A stretch of 55,355 nucleotides of DNA, counting the filler, from Platydemus manokwari (lineage: Eukaryota): NCBI GenBank assembly GCA_037951405.1. It is 5 parts of 5 records of this genome, joined end to end, with 100 filler letters (N's around TTAATTAATTAA, not from the genome) between each part and the next. Parts side by side here need not be neighbours in the genome. Positions count along the whole stretch, not along the records: positions 33,977 to 43,725 come from JBBMOY011210209.1; positions 43,826 to 55,355 come from JBBMOY010621103.1; 3 more parts are not named here. One strand, written 5' to 3'. The position numbers and the translations under genes were made by a program. The notes under the pieces are model-generated. The model did not search any database and was not told the DNA's origin. It saw nothing but the letters and a program-made list of their open reading frames with translations. This document shows positions 39,449 through 55,355 of the stretch, one piece after another (the first letter of the stretch is position 1; every line of letters starts with the position of its first letter).

Positions 39449-41915
39449 AATGGATTTCCAAAGTGGGCGCTACCACCCCATGGTGGGCGCTGCAAGGATC
39501 CAGAGGGTTGGTGGTGAATACAAACTCATTTGGGGGTCTAATACCATAAGAATGTAAGAAAATGATTATTAAAAAATTTGATGTATCTCGTTTGCTCAAA
39601 ACGCTTAATTTGTCTGTTTAACAACGTGCCGTACGTTCCACTAATTTTTATTGAAGTATGTGTAATCGCGTACTCAATGCTACTGCTTGTGTGCTTTGTC
39701 GCAATGCCGAAGTCTGCTAGTAGAGCGGTACTATTTCTAGGATTTCCTGTAATGATTAACTGAAATAAGACTAAAAAACGGTTAGTTTGTTGTGATATTA
39801 CGAGAAGTTAAAATGAAGTAACAGTGTTATTGGAATTGCTAAATATTTAATATTTTGTAATAATAAGCTCTTTACAATTAATAATACGATGTTTATTGAT
39901 TACATCAGAATTTTAATTTGGTTTTTACAAAAATGTCTGAAAATACCTCTATATAAATTTTATTTCTCCATAGATAATAATGGTTCAAGCAAAGAAAAAG
40001 TGTCGACAATATAATATGAAATATTTAAAATTCGGATTTATCGAATCGCCTGTAAATATTACATTACTAAGGTGTCTTATTTGTCAAAAGGTTTTATCAA
40101 ACAAAGCGATGAAGCCTTCGAGATTGCAAGAACATTCGAATCAAATCCATGGCGATAAAAAGAATAAATATTTATCTTTTTTTCAAACACTAAAAGAAAA
40201 ATTTATTAAACAACCGACATTGGCAAAACTCTTTTCAAATGTTAACAATGGAGATGGCGATGGCTTGCTTGCTACTTACAACTTTTCATTAATGATTGAG
40301 AAATCGAGAAAACCACATACCAAGTACTTATAATACCTGCCATAAGTGAAGTAATACGTATTGTTCTGCATGAGGCAGTATTTGATATTATCAAGGAAAT
40401 TCTTTAAGTAATAACAAAGTGGAAAGAAGAATTGATGAAATGGCGGAAGATGTTGAAGACTCATTATGTGGATAATTAAAAACATCTTGATTTTCTATTC
40501 AACTAGACGAGTCAACTTTGCCAGGTAATGAAGCTTCACTTTTAGCATACGTGCGATTCATAAAGGAAGAACAAATTTGTCAAGAGTTTTTATTTGCAAA
40601 ATATTGGCAAAAAAATATCAAAAGAAATTCAATGTTCCACACAATGGACTAATTTTTTAAATCAAAAGAAATACTTCTAAGTAATATTTTATCAGTTGCC
40701 ACGGATGGTGCTCCAGCGATGATTGGACGCTACAAAGGCTTTCTTGCATATTTGAAAAAGGAGGTATCGACTGTATTCACAATCTACTGTGTCATCCATC
40801 GTCAATTCAAACTGCCAACATAATTCTGAGTAAATCATTGAATGACAGATTATTTAAACAGTTTTGCATTGAAAATGATCAAGAGATTTATCGTTTGTTG
40901 CTTTATAGAAAAGTTTTATGGTTGTCAGAGGGATTCTTTTTAGATAGATTTAACTGTTTAACTCGGAGCTGCAGTTCTTGGAAGATAAAGATAATGTATT
41001 ACGATCCAATTTAATTCAAACCAAAAGTGTCATCGCTTACTTAACAGACTTATTTCAAAAATTCAATTAAACCAATCTTCAGATTCAAGGTGATGAAATG
41101 AATTTAATAAAAACAAAATCGATTACATCAACATTTGTTGCAAAACTACTCTTGTATAAGCAAAGCATTGGACGACGGGAAATCAGACAGTTCCTAAATT
41201 TATCAGGAGCAGAAAGTAAAATTGAAAACATGCTATCCTATTGTGAGCTCTTGGATGCTCTACATTTATATTTTAGTCAACGATCTGATGATATTTTGAA
41301 AATGAATGTGCCAGATTGGATTTTGGATCCATTTTAAGTAAAAATACAGCAGAATCGATGGAATAGAAAGAAGAATTGATAGAGAAAAGTACCAATAATG
41401 AGTTGAAATTTAAATTCCAAAGTGATGTCCAAAAATTCTAGTTAAAAATGGAAATCTCTACAGCTTATGAAGTATGGGCTGTACTTTAAATGTTCCTCGT
41501 TGCACTTCCTTCATCATACCTGGTAGAGCGTGATTTCAGTGCGTTAGCCAATTTGTTAAGCACAAACAGAAATCGCTTGTAGATAGTCAATCGGGGTGAT
41601 TTAAGGTTACTTCTAACGAAAATAGAGCCCAATATTACAAATTCGGTAGCAGCACACCAGGTACATTATTTTTATTAACATAATTTCGATTTTTGGTATT
41701 AAAATTTATTCTAAATGCAATAAATATGTTTTTTCTTTCAAAATGCATTGTTTTTGACTAATTTATGTATCTTTTTAATATACTTAATGAAAAAATAGTA
41801 ACATTAAGATTTTTAAATAAATTGCAACTAAAAGTTTAAAAAATTTGCTGTAGGGCGCTCAGTAATATTTATTCTGAAAAGTGGGCGGTACACTGGAAAA
41901 GTTTGGAAATCACTG
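39449..41915 (+). mobile_element. Near full-length decayed hAT transposon, Buster/Charlie (ZBED5/SCAND3-like)
   Basis: TIRs aatggatttccaaa and tttggaaatcactg, gtgggcgc subterminal repeats, and an imperfect 8-bp nnnTAnnn TSD (atctaaat/cattaaat). Transposase motifs: BED finger (KCRQY..YLKFGF..CLIC..MKPSRL), FSIQLDEST, ATDGAPAMIG, PSSYLVER.FS, RGDLRL. Frameshifted. Confidence 0.93.
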
Positions 41916-42900
41916 CATTAAATAAATGGCTATACATTAAATAAATATCATGCCTTAAAGTTATTAGCCACGCATTAAAGTAATCACAGAGAATTTCTCT
42001 CTGACACAGTAGAATTACTGGCAACAAAATTTCCCAATGCTTTGAAAAATTCCCGTGTTTTAAACACATACCCAATAAATAAATATTCGCTGAAGATAAC
42101 CCGGAATGAGTCATCGCTGCCTATATAAGGCAGTTACTGCAATTAACAAACACAAAAACGACAGTAGGATAGCAACACATTAACACAATATCAGAATCGA
42201 CACAGCTTTATCATTCGAAGCACGGTAATACATCACACTAGTATTACTATCCAGCAGAAGAAGATTTATTTGCGCATAAGGGATTAAGATTTTGCATATG
42301 CCAAGTACTCGTATTGGAAGAATATAGGAAGATAAAGTAAGAACAATGAAATATAAAATTATTTATAATCCCTTCCATAACACCTGGTTTTACTCCTCTT
42401 AGAAGCATAATTAACCCACATGCACTTCTGGAATTGTATATAAAATATCCTACGTCTATGTGTATAGCAGTAGTTCTTAAACATAACTTATTATTAATTA
42501 TATACAATTAGTAATTTACAAACTTATTGTTTTCATTGTATAATTATGGTATTTGATATTAATAAAAGTTTTTATTGAAGGTATTTTATTTTGATATTAA
42601 ATCGGCAAGTTCCATTAGGTTCCACAATGATTTTCTGTGATTATTATCATCGTCAAAATCATCGGATCACCTTTTTGGAAAGTTATAATTGAAGTAGTTA
42701 AAGATTTAAAAAAAATAACATAAATCATTATAGCAATATCTTGAGTCAAAAGAACACTAAAAGTATTAGTGTTTAATGATTACCTATGGGTCATAATGAC
42801 TCAGAGTACTGATTTGACTTATAGAACTGATTGCGAAAGCGAGTAAAAATTTAAACTTTGAAATTGAAATAAAAGAAAATCATAGACCTCTAAAATCATC
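41916..42900 (+). repeat. LTR-like repeat plus adjacent leader, inverted homolog of 52250-53300
   Basis: Shared blocks include aatcacagagaatttctctctg, aatgagtcatcg.tgcct.t.taaggcagt, ccattaggttccaca and gattacct.tgggtca. Confidence 0.8.
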
Positions 42901-43725
42901 ACTATCTTTAAAATATATATTGGGAATAATCTATAATCCATACGTTGATTTCCTTTTCCTTTAATAACATAAACATTTATTTTAAAATCATTATTCTTTT
43001 CAAATTTTTTAAGTTCATTTAAGGATGTCAGAGATGTTATTTTTATTTATCAAAACGTTTTATATAATAACTTGGTCTGTTTAGGCGTATTTTCCTGTCA
43101 ATTGGATATAAGTTGGCTAGTATAGAATACAAGAAACATTTTTTATCATACTTTTTCAAAAGTTAGTAGTCAACATGAAACATTAATAATACATGGGTGT
43201 AATGTAGATATATAAATTTAAAAACAATCTAATTTAGAATGTAAAGCTTGTTTTCTATATTAGAAGAAAGTCTCTTCATATATACATAAATTTAGGCAAA
43301 ATGAGGCTATGCAGCTAGAATTTCTGAAGGATTGGCAACTGCAGTAAATCAAGCTAAACAATATTAGAAAACAGATGCAAAAATTGTTAAAAACCAACTT
43401 AGAAAATGATAAAATAAAGAGTTGACTGAGTTATTCTTATGGTAGTGTATATATTTTTATCATAATTTAAATAGGTTTCATTAAATCACAATAATATACA
43501 TAATATATAAAATTTATTAACTAACATCCAATTTAATTAAAAAAGTAAAAATTTTAATGTAAACGTTGATTTAAATTTTTATATAATTTTCATAACAGTA
43601 AAAATCACTTTTTTGTTTGATTTTCTTATTAACTTTTACAATTGTTAATCAATCCAATTATTTGAATACTTTAATTTGGAGTTGTTTAAATAATGTGTAT
43701 ATGAAATGAATGATCGATAGTCAAT

Positions 43726-43825
43726 NNNNNNNNNNNNNNNNNNNNNNNNNNNNNNNNNNNNNNNNNNNNTTAATTAATTAANNNNNNNNNNNNNNNNNNN
43801 NNNNNNNNNNNNNNNNNNNNNNNNN
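43726..43825. other. Artificial assembly linker
   Basis: 44N-TTAATTAATTAA-44N. Confidence 0.97.
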
Positions 43826-44144
43826 CAATTAATTAGCGCCGGTAAATCAGCATTTAATATGATTGTGAAATTTATTACCATTTTTAAATGGAAATTTGGT
43901 TTGGAAAGGTTGAAATGACTTATACCACTTTCATAATCAAGGGCTCATTTATGAAGGGGATAAATTAAAAAATAAAAGCTATTTCAAAAAGGGAAAGACA
44001 AAAAAGAATCAAAAACAGGAAATATTAGCAGGAAAAGTATAGAGGATCAAGGAAATAAATGCGTTCGAAATTGTTATCGAAAACCTCTAATCAGATCAGA
44101 TATCATATTATATTATCAACAATCAATAACAACACATCTATTAT

Positions 44145-45870
44145 TTAGTCATTTTCTTTCTCCTCTTGATCCATTTCTCCTTTTTCTGCTCCCCCGTAAT
44201 CAGTAGATGACTGAACGAAATCATTTATCAAAGCACATTTGCTGGAAATATCAAAACAAACCCCTCCAGTAACATCTTCAATGGTTGCTGTGGCTTTTTG
44301 TCTTTCGATTTCTCGTTTTTCTCTCATTTTACGTTCTTGCTCGATAGCATGAAAGAAATCCTCTTCGGCTTTAACGACCAGATTTTCTTCCTGCTCCACC
44401 TCACCATCTTCTGGTCCTCCACCCGGTCCCGTCTTCTCGCCATCCTGAAAACAATCGATCGTCATCAAATCATCTCATTCCAACCAGCAACAATTCTTTA
44501 CTCCTTCTTTCTTCATTTTCAATTTCATCTCTCGTTGTCGGCCTTCCAAAATCTTTTCTCGTCGAGTTTCTCGTTCAAAGATATTCGAGACGAGATTCTT
44601 TTCATTTTTCGACAAAGTCCAAAAACCCTCACTGAGCTCGAGAATCGTTGTCGTTCCAGAATGGCTACCACAAGCTATTAGACGACCTTGTTCTTGGACT
44701 CGCAAGCTATTCAATGATTCGTCGCACACTTGGATTCGCAGAGTTGGTTCTTTCTGTTTGAAAACGATATCCCACACATCCAATGTGCCATCCATTTTCG
44801 TGGTGAAAAACACAGCCGGACGCACTGGACTCCAAGTTCCATCAGTGAGCGCTGACAAATGATATTTCGTCCACATGATGCTCGAATCGCGAATATCTTC
44901 CGACCAGATTCGAGCCGTCCAATCGCCGACAGTGAGGAAATTCTTGGGAAAGAAGGGATTTCTCTGAAGGGCATAAACCGGTCCGAGATGTCCAGGATAA
45001 ATGGCAGCGATTTTATCAGCTGGTGTTTTGCCTTTTCGATTGCAGGACATGATGGAACCCTGTTCGGTACCGGCCATGAATTTGGTGGGAATTGTCGATT
45101 CGTATTCGAGCGCATAAGCGCCTTGGGCTTTTTCCAGATCTTGTTTCTTGGTGGGATCGAGAATCAATGATTCCGTTGGTTCTGCCATCTTTCTCACATC
45201 CCACCAGAACACCTGTCCATCGGTACTAGCGGAGAAACATTCGGTGCCAGTTTTCGATTGAATCCAAATCACTTTCCAAGCTGGATCTCGATGACTGTTT
45301 TCCACTGGCGATACCTCAATGGGTTGAGAACCCTTTCGACGATCCCACAGAGCTGAATATCAACAAATAAAATCATTTCACTGTCACCATAGCAACCGTT
45401 GCTATAACATACCTAACTGCCCATTATAGCAACCTCCTACTAGTGTGTGTGAATCCTTGGGATTGTATTCGATACACACAAGCGGTGACACTGGTTTCAA
45501 CACCAATTCAGGCTTATTGGGGTTCATCACATCCCAGATATATGAGTCTGTGCTGGTATTTGGAGGACTGGATTGGAACTCGGTATTACAATATGCTACT
45601 GCTAATTTTGTTGGTCCATCAGGAAACCAACTGATATGAGTTGCAGTCCGTTTTACTTCATTCATATCTCTGTTGGGATAGCCATAATAATTGCACACAA
45701 TTCAATTCAATCTCATCATCTACCTGAACACATTAATTGTTTTAGCTGATGGTGGCTCTTCTGATGCTTCAATATCAATGCCTTCAAAATAGTTGTCATA
45801 AATGTCAAGAGCATTATTCTGTTTGATACAGTGCTCCATTGTCTATATTTTTATATCAATAATAATCTTG

Positions 45871-45917
<47 letters not shown>

Positions 45918-46311
45918 TAATATAATATTCATTCATTTTAAATAAATAATTATAAAACAAACTGACTCCACTTAAAATCTGAATCGTATTTGTGTACCCT
46001 TCATCCTTTTCAACCTTCTTTCGAAATCGAATAACTTGATCGGCTTCATTTGGATTAACATCTTTAGGCCATCCACCTTCGGTGTGATTAATTCCTCTGG
46101 TTTCGGTTTCATATCTTTCAGTGTTGATTTCATGTTCCGACATTTCTTGAACGCATTGGATACCTCGGTCGACTGGATTTTTTTCAATGAAATTTTCTGC
46201 CAAACTTGGATCAGGAGCAATATCGACATGTAATTCAGCAGGTCGATCTTGGAAATTGCACTGTCGACCAAATTCCGAACGTTTTTTCGTGTAAACATAA
46301 ACAATTTCCAT
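44145..46311 (-). CDS. DNAI2: Axonemal outer-arm dynein intermediate chain 2 (WD40), exons 46311-45967, 45842-45724, 45669-45413, 45352-44502, 44444-44262, 44210-44145; ~606 aa
   Basis: Diagnostic N-terminus [40 protein letters not shown] and [16 protein letters not shown]. All introns are GT-AG and phase-compatible. Confidence 0.97.
45383..45396. promoter_or_regulatory. RFX X-box in DNAI2 intron 3
   Basis: GTCACCATAGCAAC matches GTHNYY-AT-RRNAAC and is followed by a GTTGCTA half-site. Confidence 0.55.
45870..45920. repeat. (TAA)n microsatellite in DNAI2 intron 1
   Basis: About 15 perfect units; the source of the poly-Tyr tail in the ORF track. Confidence 0.95.
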
Positions 46312-46592
46312 CACAACAATTTAGAGGAGTTTTTCAAAAATAGTTTGAAGTTTACAAGAAATTTTGCTAAGCAACTCAACTTAAAACAAAGTCAATTAAT
46401 AAAAAAGAAATTATTATTTTGCTTTAAAAAAATTAATTTGAAAAAAGAAATTAAATAATTAAACTTTAGTCGTTTTTCAAGTTATTTAAAGATCAAAGTC
46501 TGAATAACGATCCGGAAATATATTGTTTATTTTAAATAGTATAAATATATATAAATATTTTAAAGTTATCATATTAGTTTATCATTTATGCA
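46312..46592. promoter_or_regulatory. Divergent DNAI2/TDO2 intergenic promoter with near X-box
   Basis: Only 281 bp between the ATGs. TTTGCTAAGCAAC at 46363-46375 and forkhead-like TGTTTA at ~46524. Confidence 0.6.
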
Positions 46593-50004
<3,412 letters not shown>

Positions 50005-50269
50005 TTAATTCGCATTGACATGCCAAACACCCCTTTATTGCGTCTGATTATTGTTGCGTGACACATTTTCATTTCGAATGTTTTTCATTCCATTTACATT
50101 CAAATTTATAATGTTTCGATTATATTTTCTGTGAAAGATTTTCTTCTTTTCCAATGTTTACATTCACTCTATTATTATGGAAACGATTGATTTGTTTTTA
50201 CCTTTTATTGTGTATAAAATATTTTTATTGGATTGAGATATAATACAGATTGATTTGCATTAAAATCTT

Positions 50270-53200
50270 GGTGAAGTTGAGTGTTGTGAGTTGTGATATG
50301 GAATCAGCATTAGGCAGTGTATTTGGGAACATGATTGATAAAGTCGAGACGATAATATTATGAAATTGATTAGTGGAGATTATGGTAAATTCCAGATGAG
50401 CAGTAATTTGTAATGATAATATTAAGATTATTATTAGTAATTCTGGGAGTTATACTTTGGTGATGATGCGTTATGAATGGTTAGGCAGATTTTTAAGTTA
50501 GATGAAAAATTTGTTTTAAGTAGGCGTATTTTAATTGATATTGGGGGTAACGCCTTTTTGATATTATTGGGGTTTTAGGTTGGTTGATAGTAGCTGAAAT
50601 TAATAAAATATTTCTAAAGTAAGATATTTTAATTAATTTTCAAACTAGATAGTCTAAAGATAATTGATTTAATATCACAACCCAAAACAATTGAGCTCTT
50701 ATTGATTTATATAGTTATCATACACCCGACAGCAAAGTATGTCGGTAAATAAAATTATAAACGATACTGTGTGAGCTAATAATAACAATAGAATGAAATG
50801 AAAATACAATTTTTATAACAAGGGCATACAATATCTGAATATAACATCAATGAAGAGAACACAATAATTTGAACAAATAACCTGCTGATTGTAGGCGTTA
50901 ATTTTCTATTGTTTGACTCTATTAGGACAGACTGTTAATTTAATCGATTTCTTATGGCTATACCAGTAAGATTCCTCAAAAATATTTTATTAGTGGTTAG
51001 GACTAATGGCACCATAACTGCTGGACTTGATTTTACTTTTTAAATTTTAATCTCTAATGGAACTGGGTTTAATCTAGAAATTTTTTATATATCGATAGGT
51101 TTTATAATTTAATAAGAATAAGATTATATCGATAAAGAATTGCTTCATTATAATAACTTTTAAAATATTACTTTAAATGTGCAATAATTACTGAGCTTTA
51201 AAAGATTATCGAGAGCTGATAAATTTCCTTATTATTCTTTCTCGATAGAATTCCCAATTGGATACGATAGTGGCATGTATCAAGATATATTCTGGGAGTC
51301 GAAATATATAAAATATATTTAACTCGATTCAATTCGATCTATATTTCCCTCATTTTGTGGATTTTTATTTGGTGAGCACTTTGTAAATTAACAGAGGGTT
51401 CTTTTAATCGTCGTAGAGAGTAAATCAAATTTGTTTCTCAGATAACCAATATTCCGTTTTTCATTGCAGTTGAAAATAGTTAAATTTTAATAAAAGGTAA
51501 TTGATTCTTTGACATTTTCACAGATGTTCAAATTTAGTAGAATTTGTTTGTTATTATCGTTTGTCCAAAACCTGCTTCGTAAAATGAGTTGATTAGCGTT
51601 TCTCAAAAACGTTTTCGTTCTCACCAAAGTTCACTTTTAATTTTCCGGCAAACTTTATGACTAAGTTGCCTTATTTATATTAATTTATATAAAATGATTT
51701 TTTATTATTCTATGGTTTCTGGAATTTTTTATTTCCATTTCTATCCTTTTTATATTTATATATTCTGTTTTTAGTACCCTTTAATTTATTTATATTTTAG
51801 GATTTATAGTATTCTATTTCTGACTAATATTTTATTTTTAGCTATTTTATTATTTATAGATTTTGGATTAGTCATTATTAAGGAATTTTTGTGAAAAAAA
51901 ACTTATGTATTCCTTATTATTGTATTTCTGTTATAGAGCTATACCCAACAATATAAACACTATAAATTAAGAATTGTTATATGAGCGACTTTTAGATATT
52001 TCCTTCTGCTTAAATACTATTTTATTCTACTGATTATGAAATCGCTTCAATTATGTCCTTATTTCATATTGGTTTTTAAAACTACACTCTTTTTCTGATT
52101 TGGTAATTTTATTTATTTTAATTTTATTACTAATCGTATTACTAATAGAATCGATTTTCGATTTTTTATTACATTATGAATAATATTTGTATTTTCAAAT
52201 TGAATTGAATTTATTTTATGAATTATCTGACCACATTCTTCTATTATTATATTTGATGATTTTGGGGGTCTGTTGTTTTATTTTATTTGAATTTCAAAGT
52301 TTGAATTTTGTTTGCATTGCCAATATCTGAGTCTAATCAGCTCTCTGAGTCCGTCTGACCCACAGGTAATCACTAAACCTAATATTTTTGATATTTCTTC
52401 GGCTCGATCACACCAATCCATGTATGAAGACGGGATGGGTGGCTCTAGATATTGCTATAAAGATTTATATTATTATTAACAGTTAACTACTTTAACTATG
52501 TCTTGCCAAAAGGTGATGAGATGATTTTTGATGATGATAATATTTACTGAAAATGATTTGTGGAACCTAATGGCTCTTGCCGATTTACTATTAAGGAGAC
52601 AATTTCTTTGATAAAAGTTTATTAATATGAATTACTACAATTAACAAAATAAAAATGACTACTTTTATACAATTATAACAGGTATGGTTAAATATATCAA
52701 TACTTTTATACACTGAAACGATGGGACAATTATGGCACAATTCCAGACAGGCTACGGTAACAGGCCTCCAAGAGAGATAGAAGCAAGTGTTAAAGGTATT
52801 TGGTCTTAGCCCTATAAATAGGAAGAATATGCGTTTTTGATGGTATAGATGAATGATGATTTTACTTTATCCCTGCGCAATCTCCTATTGAATCGATAAA
52901 CAATCGTTAAATTGTTTCTTCCAGATAAATCTGGGCATATCCCGTACATGCAATTGAATCTTCTTCTTACGTGTCGATATTGGTAATGTGGTGTGGTTCT
53001 ACTGCTGTTAATGTGCTATCGTGTCGTTTATTAATTGCAGTCACTGCCTTAAATAGGCATCGATGACTCATTAGCAGATATTCTCTGCGAATTTTATTTA
53101 TTATCGTGCATGTGTTTAATGCACTGGAATATTTTAAGGCAGTGAAAAATTCTCTGCTCTTAATTCTGCCATGCCAGAGAGAAATTCTCTGTGATTATTT

Positions 53201-53360
53201 TATTCCATGGCTATTAAATTTTATGCTTGATATTAATTGCACAGGTATTTATTTAATGGATGATATTTATTTAATACCTAGCTATTTAATTTATTTCAGG
53301 CGTATATTTTGTCTGCAATGCGCGATAACAGGTGTAGGATATTTGCTGCGAGATAACACA
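50270..53360 (-). mobile_element. Decayed Gypsy-like LTR retrotransposon (LTR/leader, then gag-pol traces)
   Basis: LTR-like repeat at the right end starting tgttatctcgcagc on the minus strand. RNase H end trace (INHVP...NADSISQL) near 50290-50345. The interior is heavily degraded. Confidence 0.55.
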
Positions 53361-54139
53361 TTACGGGTTATTTATTATTTTTTTATGGGTATTTTTTATT
53401 ATAAGGAAAATTTTTAAAGGTTTATTCAATTGCAATATTTTGTGAGATATTTTAGACGAGTAATGCATTATTATTCTGGGTCTAATATATCATATTTAAA
53501 TTATATTAACCGCAAGGCTTATCCGGAATTATAATCCAAAAATTTAAATATAATTTTCATACAAAATACTTTTATACATTAATACTATGGTGATTTATAA
53601 TACACTAATTCATGCAAGTAACGACGTCAATTTTTACAAAACCCCATCAATTATATAGAAGTATTATGATTAGAATAGGAACCTAGTTTAAAAACTGTCT
53701 TGTCACTATTAGATACTTTAAAAATGAGATATTAAGTGAATTATAAGAATTAAATGAACACAGCAGTTATATATAAAAATAAGTTATAAAATTATCTAAT
53801 TCGTAAAAATTCATCATAACGAAATTAGATCAATGAATCATTTTTACTAACTTAAGCTAAAAATTCAATATGTTATTAATGAATATAATTAAATAAACTA
53901 TATACATGTTTATATAACTACAATTATTTAAACAAATGAATATCATTTTAAAAAAAATTTGAATTAAACTTTATAAAATTAAATTCATTTTAAAATATTT
54001 ACAATCTTTTTTATAAAAACTTTTATTTTGTGCATAATTTCGTTTCAAAAATTGCATTTCTTATTCAATTTAGAATTGATTTCATTTCTATTTGTCAATT
54101 TTTTCAAAAAATTAATTAAAAAAATAGCGTCATTAGATT

Positions 54140-54430
54140 AACTAGTGCCATACCGTACGGGCACTTAAAAGAGATTAAAGACAAAAGCAACAAACGCTCG
54201 AGAATAACTTTATAAGACACAGTTTTTCCGAGTGACGATTCCCAGTTGTATTGGGAAAAAGAAAGATGGTAGTATCAGAGGGTGTGTGGACTATCGAAAA
54301 TTAAACGCTGTTACTAGAAAAGTAATATGCCAATTATCCATCCCACAAACTATTTGTGATAAAAAAGGAAATTGTGAGATATTTTCAACTATTGACTTAA
54401 ACAAAGTGTGTTGGCAATTTGCAATAATGT
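54140..54430 (+). mobile_element. Gypsy/Ty3 reverse transcriptase fragment
   Basis: KKKDGSIRGCVDYRKLNAVT...IFSTIDLNKVCWQ. Confidence 0.9.
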
Positions 54431-54489
54431 ATCTTAATATATATATATAAGAAATAAAAGATAATATTCGCAAGAATACTGATTCTTAA

Positions 54490-54882
54490 AAATCCAACAT
54501 TCATGATTTAGTAACCCAAAAGAAAGATCTTCAGAGTTCAAAAATTGATTTTATCGAAACAGGATTCAATGGACAACTACAGACTATCTTTACAATAAAC
54601 ATAACAAATCTCGAAAATAGAATAATCGGTACTCAATGCATTGTGATATTTATTTATGTTTTTTTAATATTCTTTTTGAAATACTTCAAAATCCAAATAA
54701 TATAATGATATTCAGAGGAACTTGTCAAATTAAGTTTCATTGATGTAACCCATGATGATGTGAAAATGTTGCTTTTTGAAGTTAATGATATGTCCAGTAT
54801 TCATGAAAAATATTCTAATAAAATCAAGGAGATATTCGACGCGATTGATAGTGCGTTGGTTCATTTAACCCATGCATATTAA
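54490..54882 (+). pseudogene. Possible two-exon fragment of an unidentified gene
   Basis: Open frames at ~54490-54628 and 54716-54882 can be joined by a phase-1 GT-AG intron. No start and no recognised domain. Confidence 0.25.
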
Positions 54883-55355
54883 TTCACGATCTAAACAATA
54901 TTTCAAAAAGAGAAAGTTGAATTGAGTTCTGATATGTTGCATTGACGATAAATCTCTAACCAAGGTATTAATTTATCCAAATCCTGTTTCTTGATTCCAA
55001 AGTTGTTTCCACCATATCTCGGACCCTCGTAATCATTTTTTCTGTTATGCTATGTCCTTGATGTGGGTATGAGGAGGTAAATTCTTGCTTTATTCTTAAA
55101 TGTGTCTCGATGGTTCATGAAATATTTGGCCAGAACTAGTAGTCTGATAAAACAGAACTGTCCAGTTCTAGTGGTGAACTCGTCAACTTAGAAATTTCCT
55201 CAATTTCGACCTGAGAATGTGTTTTTCCTAAATCTATCATGGAGAAAAATTTCGCTACATACACAAAGTCCAGTAACGTTTATTAGGTTGTTGGGAAAAT
55301 AATGGCCGTTTTTGCATTGCATATTTAAACTGTTAATATTTAACTAAAATCATTA

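Noticed and set aside
45856-45966. Poly-tyrosine tail
   Set aside because: Read-through into an intronic (TAA)n microsatellite.
44298-46304. Antisense and alternate-frame ORFs over DNAI2 (likewise over the TRAF genes)
   Set aside because: Shadows of GC-richer coding exons with no independent signal.
53106-53417. Similar ORFs containing CQREILCDYF here and at 41869-42114 as a protein family
   Set aside because: Explained by nucleotide-level copies of the LTR-like repeat; the frames are not conserved beyond the core.

Overview
This is very AT-rich animal DNA. Expanded TRAF genes and 42-60 nt introns suggest a planarian or similar flatworm, but that is inference. Four 100-bp linkers (44 N + TTAATTAATTAA + 44 N) split the window into five ~10-12 kb pieces whose adjacency is not established. 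Hand-spliced host genes: two 4-exon TRAF-like RING/MATH genes plus a truncated third copy, a DNAJC5/cysteine-string-protein-like gene with no visible cysteine string, an intronless DEG/ENaC channel, and DNAI2 head-to-head with a 12-exon TDO2 that the ORF track misses. Two small candidate genes also fall outside the ORF track: a CX3C-repeat secreted peptide and a multi-exon orphan. The rest is mostly decayed mobile DNA: two Polinton/Maverick (adintovirus-like) remnants, a NeSL/Utopia-type RLE non-LTR element, a Buster-type hAT element, Gypsy pieces and an LTR-like family, and a Tc1/mariner MITE. I found no convincing wholly new multi-gene system. The best novelty candidates are the CX3C peptide, the Polinton remnants, the HS-motif DEG/ENaC, the string-less CSP and the His-to-Cys TRAF RINGs. 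All assignments come from by-eye motif recognition; no database searches were run.
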